Shown here: positions 1-6,732 of the stretch, piece after piece | Layout: each line of letters starts with the position of its first letter | Numbering within the stretch: position 1 is the stretch's first letter | Origin: a bacterium | GTDB taxonomy: Bacteria; Zhuqueibacterota; Zhuqueibacteria; Zhuqueibacterales; Zhuqueibacteraceae | Direction: 5' to 3' | DNA length: 11,296 bases | Assembly (NCBI GenBank): GCA_044869275.1 | Contig: JBIOXB010000136.1 | Span: 1-11,296, forward strand | Made by a program: the position numbers and the translations under genes | Notes under the pieces: model-generated | Database searches by the model: none | Seen by the model: only the letters and a program-made list of their open reading frames with translations | What the model was told of the DNA's origin: nothing

Positions 1-399
1 CACTTCACCGATTTCTTTCATGTTTTCATTGGGCGATCGGTCGGGACGTGCGCCGGCGAATGTGCCGACAAGATCAACTCCCAGCAGCGCTGCTGTGTCG
101 ATCACTTTCTTGAGATGACCGAGATGTTGCCGCCGCCGGCTCAAATCAGGATCGAGATGATTGTCATAATAGGCCATTGCGGAAATGTCGAGATGATGCT
201 TCGCAAAAAGATCTTGCACGCGTTTGGCAGCATCTTTCGTGAAGTTGGCAGCGTCGATCTGCCGCGCTTGATCATCGCGCGCTGCCTCCACCGGCCACGC
301 GGCGAGCTCGAGCATTTGAAAGCCCTGTGCGCTGGCCCATTTGATCAAGTCTTCAAGTGACAACTGCGGCAGACAGGCGGTGAGGAATCCGAGCCTCAT
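1..399 (-). CDS. Sugar phosphate isomerase/epimerase (xylose-isomerase-like / AP-endonuclease-2 TIM barrel); 5' portion only, runs off the left edge
   Basis: Manual translation from the ATG at 399 gives MRLGFLTACLPQLSLEDLIKWASAQGFQMLELAAWP...ISAMAYYDNHLDPDLSRRRQHLGHLKKVIDTAALLGVDLVGTFAGARPDRSPNENMKEIGEV, open to position 1. The GFxxxEL and 'ID.A..LG' patterns are typical of this fold. An SD-like GGAGA lies just upstream. The ORF track omits it because there is no stop in the window. Confidence 0.85.
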   Translation of the reverse strand, partial: MRLGFLTACLPQLSLEDLIKWASAQGFQMLELAAWPVEAARDDQARQIDAANFTKDAAKRVQDLFAKHHLDISAMAYYDNHLDPDLSRRRQHLGHLKKVIDTAALLGVDLVGTFAGARPDRSPNENMKEIGEV

Positions 400-409
400 A
401 TCTTCTCCA

Positions 410-608
410 TGAATTCTTGGCATAATCGATTGCTGGATTTTTGGATTGCTGGATCATTGGATTGTTGGATTCTTGGACTGCTGAATTTTTGGAATTTTGA
501 ATTATTGGAAAGGTACAATCCCTATCACTCCATCGCTCCATCGCTCCATCACTCCATCGATCCATGAATCCCTCACTCCTCCAATCCATCCATCCACCTC
601 TCCCTCAC
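410..608. repeat. Fold-back 8-bp periodic array 1: about 13 TGGANNNN-type units (410-513) followed by about 11 TCCANNNN-type units (521-608)
   Basis: Left units include tggatttt, tggattgc, tggatcat, tggattgt, tggattct and tggactgc in strict 8-bp phase. Right units include tccatcgc x2, tccatcac, tccatcga, tccatgaa and tccctcac. Confidence 0.92.
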
Positions 609-2269
609 TCCCGTCTTGCTCTTTCCAGCATCTTTCTCACCTCCGGCAAATCCATGGCTTCCCGGTGATCGTAGAGGCACAATGCCGGAACCACGCCGAG
701 CTTGGCATACGCCGCTTCCTGCAATTTGAACATGGGATGCGAGGGATGCTTGGTCAGGAGATGCGCGACGAGTTTTGTGTATTTGCCGAACAAATATGCC
801 GATACCGGATGCGCCTCGCGCCAGCCGACTTCTCCCTCCCTGCCGTGAATTTCAGCGATGCTGTCGAGGCCGTGAATTTGCGCCATGGGCAGCGCGCTCA
901 AGGTGTGTTCGTGTTGTCCTTCGCCCGCAAAAAGCACATGAGGAAATGCCTGCGCCAATCGTTTAATATGATTTCTCATGCCGGTGAGAAAATTTGGACC
1001 TTTGCTGACATTGAATGCCAGCAAAGTTTGATCGAGAAATACCGCATCGAGATGAAACTTCGCGATCAGCTCACCGAGCACTTTTTCCATCAAATCACCC
1101 CAAGCTTTTGCGCCGGGATTGATATACGCAAAATACGGCTCGGCCAGCCAATCGCCGTCGATGTCCAATGCCCAGCCTTGGAGGCGATTGAACAGATCGA
1201 CAACCTGGTGCTCCTGGAATTTTGGAAAGAAGCGATGATTGAAGGTCATCGCCAGCACATTGGTGTGGATCATTACGCGATAGCCCAGCTCATGCGCAGT
1301 GTCGACGAGCTGCTTGAACTTCGCCTCGCCGCCAAGCTCCGGGCTGGGAGAGTAATCCGGCGCGCGCGAATCAATGCCATGCTCGGCAAAGCCGGGCAAA
1401 TAAACCAGTGTTTGTTGCGCATCGTGCAGCTCGCACCATTGTTCGAGGCGCTCGATCATCTGATCGAATGTGTGATGCGGCTCGGGGCGGTCTTTGCGCA
1501 TGCCCCACAACTCCAGCACAAAATTGATATCACGAGCCCATTCCGGAAAATGAGAGTTCTGCTCAAGCGCAGTCAACTCAAATGCCTGTTCCAGCCAGGC
1601 GCGATGAATATCAACCGGCGTTTTCCAGCTTCCTTCGTAGCAGTCGAGATACCAAGTCGCTTCTAGAGTTCCAGAAACCAGTGGCGCGTTTGCCTCAAAG
1701 CCATACGTTAACGCGAATCCCTCCTGCTCTTTTCTCACGCGCAGCATTTTGAAATTGGGCGCAGCGTCTTTCGTATGCATCCAAAAGCCGCCATCTTTGT
1801 TTGCGCCGAGGACAAATTGTGCATTCCACCAAAACGGATACTTGTAACTCAACGTTGTGTCGGTGGGCATTTCTTTATTCAGCACCTGTCCGCCGAGCGC
1901 TGGTATGATCACCTCATCGCATTGCATTCCGGAAAGTCTCCACTCCACTAACCAAATTGGCTGAGCAGAAATAGCTTTGAGATAAAAGCGAATGCCATCG
2001 TCCGAAGCACTGACCTGAATTTCTGCTCGGTCCGCTTTCGACTCGTTGCTGATGATAAAATGAAATACGTGATCGTCCGAATGAATGGATTCAAGTTTGG
2101 TCAAGAAAACCGGTTCGGAAATTGCCACAGGATTTCTGAGCAAAAGCGCTTGCCTGCCATCGACGCAAATATTTTTGCCGGTCAATTGGTTTTTGATTTC
2201 GCGAATGGCGAATGGACTATCGCCGAAGGAAATTCGCAGCCGTTCATTTGAAACGGTTTTGGGCATCAT
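605..2269 (-). CDS. Putative glycoside hydrolase with TIM-barrel catalytic domain (DUF6259 / GH36-like architecture), about 554 aa, no signal peptide
   Basis: This is the long ORF 605..2305. I prefer the start at ATG 2269 (MMPKTV), which follows the SD-like AAAGGAAGGAAG. It has a beta-rich N-terminal region, then YEGSWKTPVDIHRAWL, LGGEAKFKQLVDTAHELGYRVMIHTN, AYINPGAKAW, LDAVFLDQT (candidate Asp nucleophile) and FAGEG. Family is assigned by motif resemblance only. Confidence 0.65.
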   Translation of the reverse strand: MMPKTVSNERLRISFGDSPFAIREIKNQLTGKNICVDGRQALLLRNPVAISEPVFLTKLESIHSDDHVFHFIISNESKADRAEIQVSASDDGIRFYLKAISAQPIWLVEWRLSGMQCDEVIIPALGGQVLNKEMPTDTTLSYKYPFWWNAQFVLGANKDGGFWMHTKDAAPNFKMLRVRKEQEGFALTYGFEANAPLVSGTLEATWYLDCYEGSWKTPVDIHRAWLEQAFELTALEQNSHFPEWARDINFVLELWGMRKDRPEPHHTFDQMIERLEQWCELHDAQQTLVYLPGFAEHGIDSRAPDYSPSPELGGEAKFKQLVDTAHELGYRVMIHTNVLAMTFNHRFFPKFQEHQVVDLFNRLQGWALDIDGDWLAEPYFAYINPGAKAWGDLMEKVLGELIAKFHLDAVFLDQTLLAFNVSKGPNFLTGMRNHIKRLAQAFPHVLFAGEGQHEHTLSALPMAQIHGLDSIAEIHGREGEVGWREAHPVSAYLFGKYTKLVAHLLTKHPSHPMFKLQEAAYAKLGVVPALCLYDHREAMDLPEVRKMLERARRE

Positions 2270-2339
2270 TAAATCTGACTTCCTTCCTTTAGCAGTTGCG
2301 CACATCCGCTATGAAACGATCATTGCTTCAGCCGAGGGC

Positions 2340-2546
2340 CTATGTCCGAGGTGTTGGCGGCAACCATCCTGCCGGTGCTTCAGGCCAGATTTCGTCTGGA
2401 CTTACAGCGTCAGCCTGATCGCGTCCCAGGCGTTCCGGATCGATTTGAGCAAAGACAAAGTTTTCAGACGCGTCTCGCAAAGCCTTCTGTGTGCGATAAG
2501 CGAGCGCAGCCAGAAAATGTCGAAGAAGCCTTCGTTTGTCATCCAT
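2340..2546 (-). pseudogene. 68-aa remnant of a conserved DinB-like helical protein, apparently with an in-frame internal deletion
   Basis: The N-terminus MDDKRRLLRHFLAALAYRTQKALRDA and C-terminus ENFVFAQIDPERLGRDQ...PDEIWPEAP resemble the two ends of a longer (about 150-170 aa) family I recall, and that family's core (HxGQLxxLRR) is absent. No SD is visible upstream. Confidence 0.55.
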
Positions 2547-2578
2547 GGCCAGTACTGTTCTTGTTGGCGTCGTCTTTG

Positions 2579-3046
2579 TTATTCCTCAATCTGCACCTTT
2601 TGAATCACTTTCTTCGCCACATCCTCATGCGGCGTATTCCTGCGGAAGATCACAAAATAAGTAGATTCCTTTTTGCCAAACGGCAAACACGCGCCGTGCC
2701 ACACTGCTTTATCGATCACCACGGCTTCGCCGAGATTCACTTGAAATGCTTCGACGGCGTTATCGGGTTGGCCCTCGAGCAACAGCGGCAAAATAAACGG
2801 CGCGTCGATGGGAATGAGAATTTCCGGGGTGCGCATGTGGCGCTCGACGCCGGAGATCTCCATCACCGGTTGTCGATAAACCGTGCACAGGCCGATCTCC
2901 GTGTTGCCTGCGATGTGATAGTTGGCAATGTCGGACCAAAATTTGTAATCGCTCGCTTGCGAGGTTGGTGCCCGCGTCGGCGTGGTAACCACTTCACCGA
3001 ACTTGGCGAAATTGTCAGCAGTGATGTGTTTGGCTTTGATCTTCAT
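2579..3046 (-). CDS. Ureidoglycolate lyase (AllA)-like cupin, 155 aa
   Basis: Motifs ITADNFAKFGEV, VERHMRTPEILIP and AVVIDKAVWHG match the AllA-type E-R-H...E...WH metal site. SD GAGGA lies upstream of ATG 3046. Confidence 0.8.
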   Translation of the reverse strand: MKIKAKHITADNFAKFGEVVTTPTRAPTSQASDYKFWSDIANYHIAGNTEIGLCTVYRQPVMEISGVERHMRTPEILIPIDAPFILPLLLEGQPDNAVEAFQVNLGEAVVIDKAVWHGACLPFGKKESTYFVIFRRNTPHEDVAKKVIQKVQIEE

Positions 3047-3068
3047 GGTTTATCCTCATAGAAAAGAC

Positions 3069-3168
3069 AAAAGCATCACGCAAAGGCGCGAAGCCGCAAA
3101 GGTTCGCAAAGAAAAGCAAAAAGCCTTTGCGGATTCTTTGCGTCTCTGCGTCTTTGCGTGCAGCTTTT
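3069..3168. repeat. REP-like imperfect inverted repeat built from CGCAAAG units; possible bidirectional terminator or mRNA stem-loop
   Basis: The left arm 3077-3111 (cacgcaaaggcgcgaagccgcaaaggttcgcaaag) aligns with the reverse complement of 3125-3160 (cacgcaaagacgcagagacgcaaagaatccgcaaag). The outer aaaagc/gctttt also pair, and a T-rich tail follows the stem on both strands. Confidence 0.88.
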
Positions 3169-3185
3169 ATTTTTGATTTCAATTT

Positions 3186-4727
3186 TCATTTTGCGATCTT
3201 GATAATCGCGATCTCTCCTCCGGTCAGTGTTACCTCTTTCAATGTTGTGTCATTCGCCTTCCGTTCAATGCTCTTGAATTCACCTCCATTGCCAAGCTCA
3301 TCATAAAGCGCGGCCTTGCCGGACAGCTGCGAGGGCAGCGTGAGCTCGATCGTCTCTTGGCGAGTATCCTTGACATTGCCGCTTCCGTCGCCCCCGCGCT
3401 TTCCGAGGACGTGCGTCTTCAACCAGCCGGCCATGATCACGCTGCCGTCTTCATTTTCAAAACAATGCGCCTCGCTGTCTGAGCCGATGGTTCGCTTGAT
3501 GGTAACTTGGTTGTCAATGCAACGGTTTTTCTGAGAGAACAACTTGTTAAAAAATGATAGCGCTTTCTCCGCCGGTTTGGGTTTGTAATCGACATACGCG
3601 ACCCCGAGATGGCGATTGTTGACATCGCCGATGACGTCGTCCTCGGGCGGCAAGTCTTTAATCTCATACCAGGCAATTGCAGCCAGTTTTTCGGTTGCGA
3701 GAAGAAGCGTAAGCGTTCTGATCAGCTGCACGGCCTGAAATCTCGGCGTATGCTCGTAATCATAATATGCTGAGGACCAGTCCGAAACGTGACCATTGCG
3801 GCGGAACGTGCTGTACCCAACTTCCGCCATCCAGATGGACTGATTGTTGCCGTGTTGCTTGATGATGCCGGCGATGGTGTTCACGTAAGGAACGATGTTC
3901 TCAATCGCCGAGGGATTCCACGTTTCGAAATAATTGTGGATGTTGACGACATCCACATACGGGCTGATGCCATAATCTTTGAAGAGCGCAAGGGTAAACT
4001 CGGAGTGTCCGGCCAGGCCTGGGCAAACGACAATGGCGGTGGGATCAGCTTTGCGTACGGCCTGCGCGCCAATCTTCACCAGTTTGGCCAAATCTTCCGC
4101 GCTGCCGGACCAATAAGCCTTGATATCCGGTTCGTTCCACAGTTCCCACGATTTGATACGATCTTTGTAACGATTGACCAAAATGCCGACGAACTCACCG
4201 AATTGCTCATAATCCTTGGGCGTGTGATTCCAGAAGTTGGTGGTATCACCGGTAGAATTCCACGAGGGCGTGTAACAAATGTACGGAATCAGTGTGATGC
4301 CATATTCATCCACCGCCATCTTCACATAGTCATCCCAAAACAGCCAGTGGTATTGGTCTTTCTCTCCTTCGATGCCATCCCAGCCGAAAGAAATGCGCAG
4401 AAGATTGATGCCGGAGCGTTTCAACAACTCCATGTCGTTACGGATAATTTCCATGGTCGTCGTTTCTTCCGGATAATCTTCGCAGAGGCCCAGGGGGACG
4501 TGATAGTAAGCGGCGGCTTGCGGCTTGCGCAGTTGGTCGTAGATGAGCCGGTGGTTTTGGGCGAAGAGAGGGGAAAAAGAAAAAAGCAAAAAGAAAAAAG
4601 CAATTGGAGTTAATGACACTGGCACGATGGCAGCATATTCCTTGTTGTTACGCACGGTGCTTGCATTTGACCAGACTTCTCCGGAATGATGTTCTCGTCT
4701 CTGCCTCGAAGTCGATTTGATGAGCAT
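3186..4727 (-). CDS. Secreted clan GH-A glycoside hydrolase (GH39/GH5/GH42-like), 513 aa
   Basis: It contains LLRISFGWDGIE, the acid/base motif WELWNEPD, DVVNIHNY and the nucleophile motif IWMAEVGY. The hydrophobic segment IAFFFLLFSFSPLFA|Q suggests a signal peptide. SD GAGGAG lies upstream of ATG 4727. Confidence 0.85.
   Translation of the reverse strand: MLIKSTSRQRREHHSGEVWSNASTVRNNKEYAAIVPVSLTPIAFFFLLFSFSPLFAQNHRLIYDQLRKPQAAAYYHVPLGLCEDYPEETTTMEIIRNDMELLKRSGINLLRISFGWDGIEGEKDQYHWLFWDDYVKMAVDEYGITLIPYICYTPSWNSTGDTTNFWNHTPKDYEQFGEFVGILVNRYKDRIKSWELWNEPDIKAYWSGSAEDLAKLVKIGAQAVRKADPTAIVVCPGLAGHSEFTLALFKDYGISPYVDVVNIHNYFETWNPSAIENIVPYVNTIAGIIKQHGNNQSIWMAEVGYSTFRRNGHVSDWSSAYYDYEHTPRFQAVQLIRTLTLLLATEKLAAIAWYEIKDLPPEDDVIGDVNNRHLGVAYVDYKPKPAEKALSFFNKLFSQKNRCIDNQVTIKRTIGSDSEAHCFENEDGSVIMAGWLKTHVLGKRGGDGSGNVKDTRQETIELTLPSQLSGKAALYDELGNGGEFKSIERKANDTTLKEVTLTGGEIAIIKIAK
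4574..4601. repeat. Exact 14-bp tandem duplication (aaaaagaaaaaagc x2) inside the signal-peptide coding region
   Basis: 4574-4587 and 4588-4601 are identical. Confidence 0.85.
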
Positions 4728-4776
4728 GCTCTCTCCTCACTTTTTCGGGCTGGACTACTGCCCCGTCACCAGAGTA

Positions 4777-5763
4777 CTACGTTACTTCCTCATGCCAGAA
4801 ATCTTTCCGCCAAGCGCATTGCTTCAATTCTTCAAGCTCTTCCGAATCTAACCACGTGCCGTCACTGGCGGCGAGGTTCATCTCAGCCTGTTGCACGTTG
4901 CGAATGCCGGGAATCACGGTGCCCACCGCGGCATGGCTCAAACAAAAACGCAGAGCATATTCCGCCATTGACATTTGAGGATGGCGTTTATTTTTGAAGG
5001 CACGCACTGCTTCGACACGCTGCAGCACTGCCGGCAAATTTCTGCCGCGGAAATAACGGCGCCGCACATCGCCTTCGGGAAAAGTAGTCTGCGCCGTATA
5101 TTTGCCGGTGAGCGCGCCCTCGTCGAACGGCACGCGGACGATGACGCCGATGCCGAGCTTTTCGCAAATGGGAAAAAGATTCCATTGCGGATATTGTTCA
5201 AAAATGTTGTAGATCACTTGCACCGCTTCCACTTTGCCCAGCGCCAGCGCGCCGATGACATTGTCGGGGGTCGTGTCTGGCACGGAAACACCGACCGCGC
5301 GAATCTTGCCCTGCTCCTTCAATTTCATCATCGCTTCGAACCATTCGTCGCGAATGTTAAAAGACGTGGCCCAGGTGTGAAATTGATAAATGTCAAGGCA
5401 ATCGCGCTGCAATCTTCTCAACGAGCCTTCACAACGCTCGATGATATATTCCGGCGGGAAAAATTTTAGCGCATCGGCATTATCGGGCGGCGGCCAGGTC
5501 GCTTCTTTGGGCGGCACTTTGGTGGCCACGTAGATTTCTTCGCGGCGCTCTTTCAACACTTTGCCGATCAGCTCCTCGCTGTGACCTTTGCCGTAACCCT
5601 GCGCCGTGTCGATGAAGTTCACACCAAGATCGAGGGCGCGGTGCAAAGCGCGAATGGATTCCGCGTCGTCTTGCGGCCCCCACATGTCGCCGCCGATGGC
5701 CCACGCGCCGAAACTAATTTCGGAAAATTTCCAACCGAGTTTGCCGAAGGCACGGTATTGCAT
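4777..5763 (-). CDS. Aldo/keto reductase, 328 aa
   Basis: It contains SEISFGAWAIGG, GVNFIDTAQGYG.GHSEELIG (catalytic Asp/Tyr), VATK (Lys), SLRRLQRDCLDIYQFH (His), GKIRAVGVS and VIPGIRN. Confidence 0.95.
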   Translation of the reverse strand: MQYRAFGKLGWKFSEISFGAWAIGGDMWGPQDDAESIRALHRALDLGVNFIDTAQGYGKGHSEELIGKVLKERREEIYVATKVPPKEATWPPPDNADALKFFPPEYIIERCEGSLRRLQRDCLDIYQFHTWATSFNIRDEWFEAMMKLKEQGKIRAVGVSVPDTTPDNVIGALALGKVEAVQVIYNIFEQYPQWNLFPICEKLGIGVIVRVPFDEGALTGKYTAQTTFPEGDVRRRYFRGRNLPAVLQRVEAVRAFKNKRHPQMSMAEYALRFCLSHAAVGTVIPGIRNVQQAEMNLAASDGTWLDSEELEELKQCAWRKDFWHEEVT

Positions 5764-5771
5764 ATAAATCC

Positions 5772-5872
5772 TGGATTATTGGATTGATGGATTGATGGAG
5801 TAATGGATTGATGGAGTCCAGCAATCCATGAATCCCTCAATCCATCAATCCATCAATCCACCACTCCATTTG
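5772..5872. repeat. Fold-back 8-bp periodic array 2: 6 TGGA units (5772-5816) followed by 7 TCCA-type units (5817-5872)
   Basis: It contains a perfect 20-bp inverted pair, tggattgatggattgatgga (5780-5799) and tccatcaatccatcaatcca (5841-5860). It fills almost the whole rbsD-AKR gap. Confidence 0.93.
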
Positions 5873-5874
5873 TT

Positions 5875-6279
5875 CTACCCGAACGTTACACCTGAAACCA
5901 AAATCACATTCGCATACGGCGAGGCTTCGCCCGTGCGAACAAAAGCGATATTGCTTTCGCTCTTTGTTATCCTCTTGAACTCGTTGTGCGGCACTTTCCT
6001 GATCTCGATTCCGGAGAGCAATTCCACCAATTCACCATGAATAACGCCGCTTCGGCTCTCCATCTCTTCCGCGATGATCGCTTGCTCCACGTACAATTCT
6101 TGCAAGATCGCTTTGACCGTTTCGATGAAGCGCGGGAGGTTGGCAGCAAGCGCCAAATCCACAATTTCCCGTTCGTGAGGAATGGGGAGGCCGGAATCAC
6201 AGATGGCCAGCTTGTCGGAATGCCCCATTCCAGCGATAATGCGTGAAAGCTGGCAATTCAATATGCCGGATTTTTTCAT
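5875..6279 (-). CDS. rbsD: D-ribose pyranase (RbsD/FucU family), 134 aa
   Basis: It contains MKKSGILN, GMGHSDKLAICDSGLPIP (catalytic His20), HNEFK and VRTGEASPYANVILVSGVTF. The start at ATG 6279 follows a strong SD (AGGAGGTGA), so I prefer it to the ORF-track start at 6303. Confidence 0.95.
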   Translation of the reverse strand: MKKSGILNCQLSRIIAGMGHSDKLAICDSGLPIPHEREIVDLALAANLPRFIETVKAILQELYVEQAIIAEEMESRSGVIHGELVELLSGIEIRKVPHNEFKRITKSESNIAFVRTGEASPYANVILVSGVTFG

Positions 6280-6280
6280 G

Positions 6281-6289
6281 TCACCTCCT
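6281..6289 (-). promoter_or_regulatory. Strong Shine-Dalgarno for rbsD, overlapping the VOC stop codon (likely translational coupling)
   Basis: The minus strand reads AGGAGGTGA-C-ATG, and the TGA is the VOC stop. Confidence 0.8.
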
Positions 6290-6703
6290 GGCCTTTCTCG
6301 CACCTGAAGACGGCGTCAAATACTCTATCAATTCGATATCCATGCCATCAGGGTCGCTAAAAAATGCAATGCGCACGGTATCCTGAACCGTGGTCGGAGG
6401 TATGCGAAATTGCACTCCGGCGTGCGCCAAACGTTGATATTCCTCGTCCACGCTATCCACGAGCAGGCAAATATGCTTGTATCCCACCACTGCGTTGACA
6501 TTCGAGATCGCCTCGCCGTTGGCTTCCGGAACGCCGAAGAGCTCGAGCATGGTGTCGCCCAAGCGCAAAAAGACGATGCGGAGGTTGGATTCGGGAATCC
6601 ACATTTCGCGATCGCGGGTGAATCCCAGAAGGCGTGTATAAAAATCAATCGACCTTTCAAGATTCCGCACGGTGATAGTGGTGTGGTCAATGCGTTTGAT
6701 CAT
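6281..6703 (-). CDS. VOC family protein (glyoxalase I / methylmalonyl-CoA epimerase fold), about 140 aa
   Basis: It contains IDHTTITVRNLERSIDFYTRLLGF, MLELF, YKHICLLVDSVD and FFSDPDGMDIELIE, so all four His/Glu/His/Glu metal ligands are present. The start is ATG 6703, or TTG 6709 as an alternative. Confidence 0.9.
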   Translation of the reverse strand: MIKRIDHTTITVRNLERSIDFYTRLLGFTRDREMWIPESNLRIVFLRLGDTMLELFGVPEANGEAISNVNAVVGYKHICLLVDSVDEEYQRLAHAGVQFRIPPTTVQDTVRIAFFSDPDGMDIELIEYLTPSSGARKARR

Positions 6704-6732
6704 ACTCAATTAGATCCGTCCCTGAAGTTGCT

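Noticed and set aside
497..1666. 389-aa plus-strand ORF
   Set aside because: It is an antisense shadow of the DUF6259-like gene. Its N-terminus is just translated 8-bp repeat (SITPS), and it has no recognisable motifs.
2085..3061. Plus-strand ORFs 2085..2603 and 2342..3061
   Set aside because: They are antisense to better-supported minus-strand genes and show no family features.
6280..6303. ORF-track starts for rbsD (6303) and for the DUF6259-like gene (2305)
   Set aside because: Downstream ATGs (6279 and 2269) have SD motifs, and for RbsD the downstream start matches the family N-terminus MKKxGILN.
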